64,000 bases of DNA. Origin: a virus. Positions 1-9,559 of this stretch are shown here, piece by piece. The stretch's first letter is position 1, and each line of letters opens with the position of its first letter. The position numbers and the translations under genes were made by a program. The notes below the pieces were generated by a model. That model was not told where the DNA came from. It was given only the letters and a program-made list of their open reading frames with translations, and did not search any database. The stretch spans positions 1 to 64,000 of IMG/VR virus record IMGVR_UViG_3300035698_022838. One strand, 5' to 3'.

Positions 1-210
1 CTTCAGGGACAAGTGGTTCTAGTGGTTCTTCAGGATCTAGTGGTATTGCAGGTTCTTCAGGTTCTTCAGGAACAAGTGGTTCTAGTGGTTCTTCAGGATC
101 TAGTGGTATTGCTGGTAGTTCAGGGACAAGTGGTATGGATGGAGTAACAGGAGCAACAGGAGCGACAGGAGCAACAGGTCCTACAGGAGCAACTGGAGCA
201 ACTGGACCTG
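1..210 (+). repeat. Coding tandem 9-nt degenerate repeats (Gly-Ser-Ser / Gly-Ala-Thr triplets)
   Basis: ggttcttca/ggttctagt/ggaacaagt units with a 63-nt super-repeat, then ggagcaaca units. Confidence 0.9.
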
Positions 211-512
211 CTATAAGTTTAACTGTTGATGCTCAAGCTTCAACATCATATACTTTTGTGCTTGCTGATGCTGAAAAGTATATAAGATTTAATAATGCTG
301 CTGCGATGGCTGGAACGGTCCCGCCTAATAGTTCAGTAGCATTTACAACAGGTACAGCAATTAGTATAGAACAACAAGGAGCAGGAACAGTTACAATAGC
401 TGAAGGTTCAGGAGTAACGGTAAATGGAGGTTTAGATACTGGTGGGCAATATAAAGTTATCCAAATAATAAAAGTAGCAAGTGATATTTGGACTTGCGTA
501 GGGGGAGTGTAA
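1..512 (+). CDS. Collagen-like (Gly-X-Y) tail fibre/virion protein, 5'-partial
   Basis: Frame open from nt 3 (SGTSGSSGSSGSSGIAGSSG...) straight into the tracked ORF 135..512. GSS/GTS then GAT/GPT triplets, followed by a C-terminal 'SYTFVLAD...VTVPP...GTAISIEQQGAGTVTI' phage fibre domain. Confidence 0.75.
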   Translation, partial: SGTSGSSGSSGSSGIAGSSGSSGTSGSSGSSGSSGIAGSSGTSGMDGVTGATGATGATGPTGATGATGPAISLTVDAQASTSYTFVLADAEKYIRFNNAAAMAGTVPPNSSVAFTTGTAISIEQQGAGTVTIAEGSGVTVNGGLDTGGQYKVIQIIKVASDIWTCVGGV

Positions 513-1282
513 TGAGGAAATTATTAATAGGAATTTTGAATCAATTTAATTATGAAGCAGAATCTATAGCATTATTTGCTAGGATGGCTACGGCAGGAAG
601 TGAACCAGATGATACCCGAAAGCTTATTATTAATAATCTTATAATTAGTTTAAAAGGATATGGCATATGGTCTAAATTAGACTTTCTTTATATGTTAGCT
701 GCTCATAACCAAGCATGTGCTAGACTTAATTGGTTAGCAAATGAATTTAATCTCACAGAAGTTAATAGTCCTACGTTTACAGTAGATGTAGGTTTTGTGG
801 GTAATGGCTCTGATAAGTCATTGAATACAAATTATAGACCAACTGTAGATGGTGTTAATGTATCACAGAATAGTATGAGTATGGGGATATATAGAAATGC
901 TGCTGGTGGAAAGAGCTATGATAGCTTAATAGGGGCTATATCTACATATGACTTATATATGTATGGTAGTGTTACTGCTGCGGGATTAACTTGGAGAATA
1001 AACTGTTCGGGTAACAATAGTACAACATATAATCCAACTACTAAATTATTACACACCAATAGATTAGATAGCACGGATTCGGATTTATTTGTAGACGGGA
1101 CTAAACGACAAGACAATTCAACAGCATCAGCAAGTGAATCTTCTAGTTATATTTATTTATTTAGAAGTTGGCTTAGTCATGGACAAACATCTACGCAGAT
1201 GGCTTTTATGGGAGCAGGATTAACTACTACTGAGGCTAGTAATTTCGCCACAGCGATAAATACTTATATAAACGCATTATAA
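512..1282 (+). CDS. Putative tail/fibre-associated structural protein (LamG/ConA-like beta region)
   Basis: ATG at 512 overlaps upstream TAA (TAATG). 'LKGYGIWSKLD..Y' N-terminus and 'GAGLTTTEASNFATAINTY' C-terminus are typical of phage tail-associated proteins. Confidence 0.5.
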   Translation: MRKLLIGILNQFNYEAESIALFARMATAGSEPDDTRKLIINNLIISLKGYGIWSKLDFLYMLAAHNQACARLNWLANEFNLTEVNSPTFTVDVGFVGNGSDKSLNTNYRPTVDGVNVSQNSMSMGIYRNAAGGKSYDSLIGAISTYDLYMYGSVTAAGLTWRINCSGNNSTTYNPTTKLLHTNRLDSTDSDLFVDGTKRQDNSTASASESSSYIYLFRSWLSHGQTSTQMAFMGAGLTTTEASNFATAINTYINAL

Positions 1283-1566
1283 TGGGAAATAAAAGAGATA
1301 TGATAGAAATAAAACCTTCTGATAAACATTTATTTGAGGGCACTTATAATAATGGAGCGGCAGCTATAGAATTAGTTACTTTCTACAATAATAGATATTA
1401 CCTAGATTTAGATGTAGTTGATGACCCTAATTTTTCTTCTATAGAAAGTGAACTTAAAAAATTAAAGATAAAACAAATAGACCCTGATGATTTGGAAACT
1501 GAGTATATTATAGATATCATTAATAATACAAAAATACCTAATCCAAACTGGCCCACAGAAGATTAA
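1282..1566 (+). CDS. Hypothetical protein
   Basis: TAATG coupling with upstream gene, 94 aa. Confidence 0.6.
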   Translation: MGNKRDMIEIKPSDKHLFEGTYNNGAAAIELVTFYNNRYYLDLDVVDDPNFSSIESELKKLKIKQIDPDDLETEYIIDIINNTKIPNPNWPTED

Positions 1567-1680
1567 TTTATGAGTATATTATCTTTCTCCTTTAGGGATT
1601 GATGACATCCTAAGTTCATTAGAAAGTCTATTAGCATTAACCAAATAGTTTAAATATTGAAATTTAATATATAAAATGAA

Positions 1681-2310
1681 ATGGGCACAAGATTATACAA
1701 TTATTCACAATTAAGAGGAGCAAGCATTAAAATACCATGTTTAGTAACTACTACTGAAGATATAGCATTAGCAGGAATACAAACTATTGATGGGATTAGC
1801 GGTGCAACAGGTAATAGGATACTGGTTAAAGAGCAAATAACAGCTTCAGAAAATGGGATTTATGATGTTGGTGCTACTGGATGGAATAGATCAATAGATC
1901 TTTCAACAAACGATGATGTTTTTAATGGTATTATTGTATTAGTTACTTCAGGTACATCAAATGCAGGTAAATTATTTAATTTATCGACTGCAAATCCAAT
2001 TATATTGGATACTACTAATTTAACTTTCGAGGAAATTACAGGAATCAGAGAGATCATTGAAATCTCTGCAGCATATACAGTTACTGAAAATGATTTTACC
2101 ATTGATTGCATAGAAAACACATTTGCTGTAACTTTACGTAGTGCAGTAGGGATTAAGGGTAAAATATTCGTTATAAAAAATTCAGGACCTGGAATTATAA
2201 CAGTAGATACCACAGGAACTGAAACCATAGATTTTGAATTAACTCAAACTCTTAAATCTCCTAATGCTATGACAGTTCAATCAACTGGAAGTAGATATAT
2301 AATAATATAA
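1681..2310 (+). CDS. Phage fibre/decoration-type structural protein
   Basis: 'C.V.TT.DI.LAGIQTIDG....GNRILVKEQ.TASENGIY' module common in phage fibre proteins, plus C-terminal 'AYTVT...DC...F.VTL.SA.G..GK.F.IKN' module; AATATATA box at 1666-1673. Confidence 0.65.
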   Translation: MGTRLYNYSQLRGASIKIPCLVTTTEDIALAGIQTIDGISGATGNRILVKEQITASENGIYDVGATGWNRSIDLSTNDDVFNGIIVLVTSGTSNAGKLFNLSTANPIILDTTNLTFEEITGIREIIEISAAYTVTENDFTIDCIENTFAVTLRSAVGIKGKIFVIKNSGPGIITVDTTGTETIDFELTQTLKSPNAMTVQSTGSRYIII

Positions 2311-2323
2311 GATATATAATAAC

Positions 2324-2503
2324 ATGACATATCTAAAATCAATACAGGTAGAAAATGAAGTTGGTGACATAATAAGTCCTAATACAGAACAATCAACTGA
2401 AATGTTATTAGAAGGAATATTAAAAGAATTGAGAAGATTAAATCTTCAAATGTCTATATTAACCGATACAATTTTAGGTGACGAAGACATTATAGATAAT
2501 TAA
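2324..2503 (+). CDS. Small hypothetical protein (59 aa, not in ORF track)
   Basis: MTYLKSIQVENEVGDIISPNTEQSTEMLLEGILKELRRLNLQMSILTDTILGDEDIIDN*; GATATATA at 2311; fills the gap between genes. Confidence 0.7.
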   Translation: MTYLKSIQVENEVGDIISPNTEQSTEMLLEGILKELRRLNLQMSILTDTILGDEDIIDN

Positions 2504-2512
2504 AAGATAAAT

Positions 2513-3103
2513 ATGACACAAATAAGAGACGGAAAGGGAAGAGGGTTTTCTGCTGGAGTAAATAATGATAATCAATTAATGACAAGAGCCACTTCACTTG
2601 AGCAGAGATTAGAATCATCGATTGATGGACATTATTATGAAGCGACAACTGAAGAAATTACTTTAACAGATGCTGTTGAAACCCCAATGATTTGGATTAA
2701 AAATGATGATACGGATACAAATAATAGAATCGTTATTGATAGGGTATTCTTTGATGTATGGGAAAGTACTGGCGGTACTGGAGGCGGAACATTAGAATAT
2801 TATAAAAACTCAACAATTACAGGTGGAACAGATATTGTTCCAGTAAATAGTAATTTCGGAAATGGAGATACTATGGTTGGAACTTTTAAGAAAAGTATGA
2901 CAACACAAGTTGATGGTGGGGGAACCCATTGGTGGTGGGCTTATGTTACACCAGGAACAAGCAATACTATAGAAGAAGGGAGAATTGTAATACCACCAGG
3001 GTATTCTTTTGGTATAAATTATACAGCACCTTCAGGAAATACTAGTCAAAAGATTTCAATTAATGTTGCTATGTTCGACTTTGACATTACAAAAATAATA
3101 TAA
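2513..3103 (+). CDS. Putative structural protein (paralog 1)
   Basis: N-terminal 'QIRDGKGRGFSAGVNNDNQL' shared with the next gene; Thr/Gly-rich beta-type composition. Confidence 0.55.
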   Translation: MTQIRDGKGRGFSAGVNNDNQLMTRATSLEQRLESSIDGHYYEATTEEITLTDAVETPMIWIKNDDTDTNNRIVIDRVFFDVWESTGGTGGGTLEYYKNSTITGGTDIVPVNSNFGNGDTMVGTFKKSMTTQVDGGGTHWWWAYVTPGTSNTIEEGRIVIPPGYSFGINYTAPSGNTSQKISINVAMFDFDITKII

Positions 3104-3106
3104 AAT

Positions 3107-3685
3107 ATGGGAATACAAATAGAAGACGGTAAAGGTAGTGGAAAAATAGCAGCAGTCAATTCTGAAAATAGATTAACGGTAGTTTCTGAAACCCATTCTT
3201 TACAATATCATATATCAAGAACCTATGGTCATGCTTACCAGGTTCAAAGTATTGATACAGGGATAACTGCAAAGACACAAACAATATTACATTTAAAAAA
3301 TATATCAAATACACAAGACCTAATTATAACTTATATTAGAATGCAACCTGTAGTAACTGGAACAGTGCCAGTAATAGGTACTTACTTCGAAATTGGAGTA
3401 GGTGCAACTTTAACAAGTGGTGGATCAACGGTAACCCCAATTAATATGAACCAGAGTTCAGGAAATGTAGCACCTGTGATAGCAACAGGGGTAGACCCAA
3501 CAATGGGTGGTACTTTTACAGTTATAGATAAACAATATATTGAAAGTAACGGTAAAGAAATTGTTTATAATAAAGAGGGTTCATTTATATTAGGATCAAA
3601 TGATACAATGGGTATTAGATTCACAACAGGAGGAACAGGCGAGACGAAAGCGAGAGTATCATTTTTAATGGTAGATAGAACTTAA
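3107..3685 (+). CDS. Putative structural protein (paralog 2)
   Basis: 'QIEDGKGSGKIAAVNSENRL', internal 'TPINMN.SSGN' similar to 'VPVNSNFGN' of the previous gene. Confidence 0.55.
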   Translation: MGIQIEDGKGSGKIAAVNSENRLTVVSETHSLQYHISRTYGHAYQVQSIDTGITAKTQTILHLKNISNTQDLIITYIRMQPVVTGTVPVIGTYFEIGVGATLTSGGSTVTPINMNQSSGNVAPVIATGVDPTMGGTFTVIDKQYIESNGKEIVYNKEGSFILGSNDTMGIRFTTGGTGETKARVSFLMVDRT

Positions 3686-3691
3686 TTAATA

Positions 3692-4795
3692 ATGCCAATA
3701 AAATCACATATAACAGACCCAGCAACTGGACTAAAAGCTCAAGTTGTTACTACTGATAACATAAAAACTAATGCTTTAGTTGTAACTACAGTACCTTATC
3801 GGGAGTTTGAGAATGAATTATTATTCTTTTCAAATGATACCGAAGGTATTGATATGAATGTTAATGCTGCATTTGGTGGAACCGCTGCAAGTATTTATAA
3901 TGCAGATGATATATTATGGACTGCTTCGGATATTGTAGGTGGTGTTAAAACAACTTTTATAAGTAGCGACCAAAACCATACTCTTGCCGGAGCAAATAGT
4001 TTAAAAGTTGATAATGCACCAATAGATGATGTTTATCAATTATTAAGTTCTGTCCCAATTAATATGACTGGATATGTTGCTTTAACAATATGGGTTTATG
4101 TCGATAAAGATTGGAAGGCTGGTGATAGCATAATTCTTTATGGTTGGGACACAAATACAAATCTACAAGTTGGAACATCAGTCGATCTATCTAATTATTT
4201 TTCTTATAATATTTATGATGTTTGGCATAATATAGTTATTCCTTTAACAGACATGGGTGACTTATCTGCTTCAACAACACTTGATGCTTTAAGAGTAATA
4301 CAAGGAATATCAGTGGGTAAAGCTCCTAAATATTATCTTGATGATATTCAATTTAAACAAACAGGAACCCCACTTAGATATTCAATAAAACCAGAAAAAG
4401 GTACTTGGTTACTTGTTGATGAATTTAAAATAAGTATGGTAGATGCTATGGCCGGAACACTTGCAGATGCAACAATGCCTTACTTGCCTTATGATCAATT
4501 CTTAGGGGTTACATTAATATCTGGATTAGGTTACAAAAGAGAGATTAACGGTGAAATATTATTTTCAACTACCATTTTGAATATGATGGAAATGATACAA
4601 ATAGCAGGTACAGAAATTTCAGCAAGTGGCAGTGATGGAACGAATACATGGGTTACTATTAGAGCAACACATAATGAACCTTTATTATTAAAACCTGAGA
4701 GTGGAGATGAATTAAGCTTTACAGTAAGTGATAATCTAAGCGGGCTATTACATTTTAGAATATCTGCTGGATGTAGGAAAGAAATAAGACCTTAA
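3692..4795 (+). CDS. Putative structural protein with a carbohydrate-binding-like beta domain
   Basis: 367 aa, same operon; 'WHNIVIPLTD...YYLDDIQF' resembles CBM-like jelly-roll segments. Confidence 0.45.
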   Translation: MPIKSHITDPATGLKAQVVTTDNIKTNALVVTTVPYREFENELLFFSNDTEGIDMNVNAAFGGTAASIYNADDILWTASDIVGGVKTTFISSDQNHTLAGANSLKVDNAPIDDVYQLLSSVPINMTGYVALTIWVYVDKDWKAGDSIILYGWDTNTNLQVGTSVDLSNYFSYNIYDVWHNIVIPLTDMGDLSASTTLDALRVIQGISVGKAPKYYLDDIQFKQTGTPLRYSIKPEKGTWLLVDEFKISMVDAMAGTLADATMPYLPYDQFLGVTLISGLGYKREINGEILFSTTILNMMEMIQIAGTEISASGSDGTNTWVTIRATHNEPLLLKPESGDELSFTVSDNLSGLLHFRISAGCRKEIRP

Positions 4796-5361
4796 TTTAC
4801 CATATCCACATAGTAACGTATAACATCATCATGATTGAATGCAAACTCATAATCTTCAACCTCATCTAAAGTTATCCACGCATATCCATCTACCTCATTC
4901 GGTTCTGAATTTTCCCAGGTTAATGGATTTTTTTTAATGAAATCCTCTATTGATTCAACCCTTATATGTACACCATGTCTAAGTCCAACATTTTCATTAT
5001 TTTCTGATGGATCAGTATTAACATAAAAAGGCTGGTCCATATGATTACTTAATACATATTCAGTCTCTATAAGTTCCTTAAGATCTAAACCAGTTTCCTC
5101 CCAGACTTCTCTATAACAGCCATTTGTGGCATTTTCATGCCAATCAAGATATCCACACACCAGATTCCATTTTCCTATATGGTCAGGTGAACCTTTACCC
5201 CTACGTGAAATTAATATATAATCAATAGAATGACCAGGAACCGGGCATTCTCTTACTATAATAGCACATATTACAGAAGGTGAACGTCCGAACCATATTT
5301 TTTTACCATCTATGATTCTAGATGGATTTGGCTTATTGTTAAATACTAATTTCTTTTTCAT
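4792..5361 (-). CDS. Nudix hydrolase
   Basis: Canonical Nudix box GYLDWHENATNGCYREVWEETGL (GX5EX7REUXEEXGU); ATG at 5361 preferred. Confidence 0.92.
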   Translation of the reverse strand: MKKKLVFNNKPNPSRIIDGKKIWFGRSPSVICAIIVRECPVPGHSIDYILISRRGKGSPDHIGKWNLVCGYLDWHENATNGCYREVWEETGLDLKELIETEYVLSNHMDQPFYVNTDPSENNENVGLRHGVHIRVESIEDFIKKNPLTWENSEPNEVDGYAWITLDEVEDYEFAFNHDDVIRYYVDMVN

Positions 5362-5368
5362 AATAAAA

Positions 5369-5833
5369 TTATTTTGTAACGCTTTCAATAATAGCCTTGA
5401 TTTTACTAGGATCAAATTGCCCGGTATATTCTTTGTTGAACATACCCATTGTTTTACCTATAATTGCTTGTGTAGGTAAAGCCTTAGTTTGTGGAATTGA
5501 GCATAGCTCTTTTATGAACTTTCTAGCTATTAACTCAGTTTCAAAAATAGTTAGCTTACTTGGTAAATATTTTTCCATCTCAACCATTTCAGCATATTCA
5601 ACAAGAGCTAATTCCTGACGTCCAGCTTCTTGATATGCATCATAAGACTGTTTACGTTGTTTTATCGCAGAAGCTATAACCTTTAAAACCTCTGATTCCT
5701 CCAAGGAATCCATCTTTTCTTTCTCAGCGTCAAGAATTTTTGCTTTAAGACTAATTAATGCAGCCTTAGGTGTTTGGTTTTTTTCTTTCATCGCTATGAT
5801 GAAATCTTTTTGTATTTTTTCTTTCAATTCCAT
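5369..5833 (-). CDS. GatB/YqeY domain protein
   Basis: 'MELKEKIQKDFIIAMKEK...IKQRKQSYDAYQEAGRQELA..E..E...MEKYLP..L'; ATG at 5833. Confidence 0.88.
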   Translation of the reverse strand: MELKEKIQKDFIIAMKEKNQTPKAALISLKAKILDAEKEKMDSLEESEVLKVIASAIKQRKQSYDAYQEAGRQELALVEYAEMVEMEKYLPSKLTIFETELIARKFIKELCSIPQTKALPTQAIIGKTMGMFNKEYTGQFDPSKIKAIIESVTK

Positions 5834-5837
5834 TTTC

Positions 5838-6203
5838 TTATTCTTTAAATATTTCATCAAAATCAAGCTCCTCATATGTGTGAAACTCACACTCCCTAGG
5901 CATTGGTTTATTCGAGACTGGATCTGTTTCGTACCAATTCTTCTTATGTTCTACCTTTGGTGGATATAAAAAGGAATTAACTTTTTGACAAAATAATATT
6001 TCTACCTCATAATCATATGCTCCAGCATAACTATCACTATGGAGTGTTGTTTTTTTCATTTTCAGATTATCACAACCAAAGCAAGGCCTTCTATTGTCTG
6101 GATTCTTGGTACATGACTTCTCATGCTTTTCTGCATAATGCTTTATCTGGTATATCTTGCTACAATGATCGCATCTATAAATAGTTATAGTTTCGGTTTT
6201 CAT
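5838..6203 (-). CDS. Cys-rich (zinc-finger) hypothetical protein
   Basis: YRCDHC..H..C..NP.N...C..C motif. Confidence 0.6.
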   Translation of the reverse strand: MKTETITIYRCDHCSKIYQIKHYAEKHEKSCTKNPDNRRPCFGCDNLKMKKTTLHSDSYAGAYDYEVEILFCQKVNSFLYPPKVEHKKNWYETDPVSNKPMPRECEFHTYEELDFDEIFKE

Positions 6204-6214
6204 AATAATTAATA

Positions 6215-6433
6215 TTATTTACTAAACCAAACAACATGTGTTGCATCATCTGGAACTGATGAAAAATACTCTTCGTCTCTACACATCTTATTATCTTTAA
6301 CATAATAAGCACTACCATTATCATTTATGAAAAGGCCTTTTTTTACACATTTATCAAATACCTTTATTGTAAATATTTCACATCCATATTCTGGAATAGT
6401 TTGTCCATAAATTCTTTTTTCTATAGTTCCCAT
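6215..6433 (-). CDS. Hypothetical protein
   Basis: 72-aa ORF in tightly packed operon, ends 'ATHVVWFSK'. Confidence 0.6.
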   Translation of the reverse strand: MGTIEKRIYGQTIPEYGCEIFTIKVFDKCVKKGLFINDNGSAYYVKDNKMCRDEEYFSSVPDDATHVVWFSK

Positions 6434-6434
6434 T

Positions 6435-6920
6435 TTAATATCTTAGTGATCCAACTCTATGAAGACAGCATTTTTTATATTTTATACCTGATCCGCATCG
6501 ACAAATGTCGTTTCGCTTAAGCCCTTTATATTTTAATACTTCTTCTTTATTTTCTACTCTTATTCTTTCCGCATTCATGCGTTTATCAGAATCAATCTTA
6601 TCTTGCCCAGCATCATGTTCAATAATTTCAACAGGAACATCTTCTCTAAATAAATCCAGAAACTGACTCGTCTGATTATAAGGCCTCATGTACGTATTCA
6701 TGGTTTTCCGAAACCTTTGACCTCTATACTCAGCATATCTCTTTCTCTGCTCAAGGATTTTCTCGTCAGGAACATCACCAAACTTTAGTCCGTCTGGTGC
6801 TGGATTCCCACACACCTCACAAGCTCTTTCTTTCTTTTCCTTGTCCAATAAGGGTGCACTAAATAGTTCCCATTCTTGACAAGTAACACACCAATATCGA
6901 TATTTATAGATTGTAGGCAT
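6435..6920 (-). CDS. SEC-C motif (zinc-binding) protein
   Basis: C-terminal 'RNDICRCGSGIKYKKCC'; N-terminal CxxC...CxxC. Confidence 0.85.
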   Translation of the reverse strand: MPTIYKYRYWCVTCQEWELFSAPLLDKEKKERACEVCGNPAPDGLKFGDVPDEKILEQRKRYAEYRGQRFRKTMNTYMRPYNQTSQFLDLFREDVPVEIIEHDAGQDKIDSDKRMNAERIRVENKEEVLKYKGLKRNDICRCGSGIKYKKCCLHRVGSLRY

Positions 6921-7117
6921 TAGCTTTTAATTTTCATTATTGCAAATTCACTATATCCTCCATTTCCTGGACTAGTCACAAATTGATGAAATTTATAACT
7001 AGGATTTTCATTTTCTAATATCTTAATTACTAACGGGACATTTGCTGGATTCCACCATGCAACATAATTTCCATCCTTATCATGACATGGTATATCACAA
7101 CATACATATTCGTTCAT
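6920..7117 (-). CDS. Small hypothetical protein
   Basis: 65 aa, translationally coupled. Confidence 0.55.
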   Translation of the reverse strand: MNEYVCCDIPCHDKDGNYVAWWNPANVPLVIKILENENPSYKFHQFVTSPGNGGYSEFAIMKIKS

Positions 7118-7128
7118 AATATTAAGTT

Positions 7129-7497
7129 TTAATAATATTCAGTTCCGCTATCATATGTCTCAGTTTCAGACTCTTGATATTCAGTTCCGTTACTTTCATT
7201 ATACTTTTTGAAATTATATTCATCCTTATTCAATGCAAGATCATTATAGACATTTACATTTACAGTTCTGCCATCCTCCAATTCCAGGGTACTATTAAGT
7301 ATTGAATAATCAATAATTATTAACGTATCCTTACTTAAAACAATTTTCTCACCAACCAACTCCTTATAAGCTTCATTGTTGGATCTAAGATCTTTAATTT
7401 CATCAGCTGCAAATTTCTTTGCTATATAATAAACAATTACTATAGCAATAGCTACTTTAACAAACCACCATACTATTCCACTTATTGATACCCTCAT
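7129..7497 (-). CDS. Membrane-anchored hypothetical protein
   Basis: N-terminal hydrophobic helix (GIVWWFVKVAIAIVIVYYIA). Confidence 0.65.
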   Translation of the reverse strand: MRVSISGIVWWFVKVAIAIVIVYYIAKKFAADEIKDLRSNNEAYKELVGEKIVLSKDTLIIIDYSILNSTLELEDGRTVNVNVYNDLALNKDEYNFKKYNESNGTEYQESETETYDSGTEYY

Positions 7498-8264
7498 TAT
7501 TCCTTATTTTCAATTAAAAATTTATTACTAATTGCTTTGAATGATATTACTGAATCAACACTTCTAACGACAACACCTTCTCTTTCTATTTGGGTATTTA
7601 TTCTGGATTTGCTTTCAGCATATGCTAATATACCTTCTATGGTCTTAGGAAGAGTAAAGTATTCATCAATTACAGGAACCATTATTAAATCCATAGAATT
7701 AGTAATACCTATAAGTTCATCAAGATTTCCATATTCATAGGTAACAATGTTGAAGTAACTAAAAACCCTTAATGTTTGTCCTTTAATTTTATATTTATTA
7801 CTTTGAATTCCTTCACCTATAATTTCTCCCTGTACCATAAAATTTCCGCCGATTGCACGCATTTTAGCTTCGATATCTAATTCCCTTGCAACTTTCCAAT
7901 ATGTGTTTTCTTGTACCAGTCTTTCAATACCATCATCACATATTATAGTAGCACCTTTTTCAATTGGAGTAGGTCTTTGCATATCCCAATTTCTAGAACA
8001 TACACCAAACTCCCCATCATATAGGTAATAAGTTGCGGAGGTACCATCGAGTTTTTCAGTGGCATAGAAAAGAATCCCATATTCAACCCATTTCATATAA
8101 TCTTTTACAAGATTCTGAACGCGTTCTTCATCGGTCTTCCTAATGAACGAAGGAAAGTTACCCTTTACTTTACCACCCAATTGTGCTGGAATAGGTGGTT
8201 CGTATTTCTGAATTCCTAAAAGTTCAGTAACATCAGTTCCTTCATTTAATATAATTTCTTTCAT
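7497..8264 (-). CDS. RNA ligase (DRB0094/Rnl2-like family), C-terminal nucleotidyltransferase half
   Basis: 'FPSFIRKTDEERVQNL', motif I 'TEKLDGTS', 'CSRN', 'QGEIIGEGIQ', 'REGVV', 'FKAISNKFL'. Confidence 0.92.
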   Translation of the reverse strand: MKEIILNEGTDVTELLGIQKYEPPIPAQLGGKVKGNFPSFIRKTDEERVQNLVKDYMKWVEYGILFYATEKLDGTSATYYLYDGEFGVCSRNWDMQRPTPIEKGATIICDDGIERLVQENTYWKVARELDIEAKMRAIGGNFMVQGEIIGEGIQSNKYKIKGQTLRVFSYFNIVTYEYGNLDELIGITNSMDLIMVPVIDEYFTLPKTIEGILAYAESKSRINTQIEREGVVVRSVDSVISFKAISNKFLIENKE

Positions 8265-9169
8265 GTTTTTAATATATTAGCAATTAAAGTTTTAAATTCC
8301 AATTTTCGTTTTTCAATCTGAAGGTTTTTAATACCAAAAGACCTGATAACTTTTCTAATTCTCGATTCAGAAATATTTATCTTTTTAGAAATCTCTTTGA
8401 GTGTATGTAAATCTAATAATAATTCAAAAATAGATCTGATTTCGATATCAGTTAGATCTGGCTTTGAATTTGGATTTTGTTTACCCTTCCATAATTCAGA
8501 TTTTTTAGCCTTTAATTCATCTGATTTTTCTTTACCATATATTTCATCATACCCCTTTCCTTTACGAACATTAGACATTTTTTTCCGACTTTCCTCGGTG
8601 TGGGTTTTACCTAACATCGGATGATTTCCCCTTTCCCAGTGGTTTATTGGGGGTTTTATTCCAAGTGCTTTTATCGAATTACTGATTTTACTTTTAGCAT
8701 TTTGAGCTTTTTCCTTTCCCCATCGTTCTTCTAATGATTTCCCTTTACAATAAATAGATAATGATTTTGAAACTTTCTTATATGCTTCATTCTTTATTCT
8801 TTGTGCTTCTTCCTCTCCTTTATTTTCTTTAATCCATTCATATGGAGATTTACTATAATATTTTCCAGTATTTCCCCCGTCTCCGCCTATAGTCATATTA
8901 TATCCATTCTCACTAAATGAATTATATGCCTTTATATAATGAATTTCCAATACATCACCTTTCTCATTCGAGCATACTTCCAATTCGGTGACAATAAAAA
9001 AATCATACCCGTACTTATTCATTGCATCATATAATTTTCTATTAATCTTATTTCTAGCATTTCTTATATGCACTTGAAAGCGAGTTTTTATTGAATTTGA
9101 GGTTTTACCTATGTAACATTTACCATTTATAGTATTTGTTATTTTATATATGGTTATATCTGGCTTCAT
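8261..9169 (-). mobile_element. Free-standing GIY-YIG homing endonuclease with NUMOD3 repeats
   Basis: 'TIYKITNTINGKCYIGKT...RF..H', 'E..YI...NS...GYN...GG', NUMOD3 'HPMLGKTHTEESRKKMS', C-terminal HTH. Confidence 0.9.
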
Positions 9170-9187
9170 AAATATATAGTTTTTATT

Positions 9188-9559
9188 CTATATATCATTT
9201 TCAATAACTAGTTTCGTTGCATCTCCATCTTTAACGATTTTTCCTTTTGTAATTACAGCTAAAGTATCTAAATTTAATATTAAACCTTGACTAATAGTAT
9301 TACGTAATTTAATTGTGCGTATTCTAAATCCTTCTTTGTCACCCATTTTTTTAAATGAGCTTTTTCTTAAGAATTCAAATTCTGGTTCAACAGGTAGAAA
9401 AGAATCAACTTCACAATAAACAACCAAATCACCAATTTCATGACCAACATCCTTTCCGATTACTACTTTCCAACCATCTATGGTTGCGACCTCAATCATA
9501 TCAGCACCTTCGATAGGTTGGATATCTGAGATTTTTCTAATTGTTGCTAATTTTCTCAT
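9188..9559 (-). CDS. RNA ligase (DRB0094 family), N-terminal domain half
   Basis: 'MRKLATIRKISDIQPIEGADMIEVATIDGWKVV...GDLVVYCEVDSFLP..PEFEFLR...RIRTIKLR..ISQGLIL'; ATG at 9559 overlaps upstream TGA. Confidence 0.92.
   Translation of the reverse strand: MRKLATIRKISDIQPIEGADMIEVATIDGWKVVIGKDVGHEIGDLVVYCEVDSFLPVEPEFEFLRKSSFKKMGDKEGFRIRTIKLRNTISQGLILNLDTLAVITKGKIVKDGDATKLVIENDI

Noticed and set aside
8261-9190. Group I intron or intein in the RNA ligase
   Set aside because: Only 18 nt of non-coding sequence, no P-Q-R-S core visible, stop codons present, no C/S...HN intein ends
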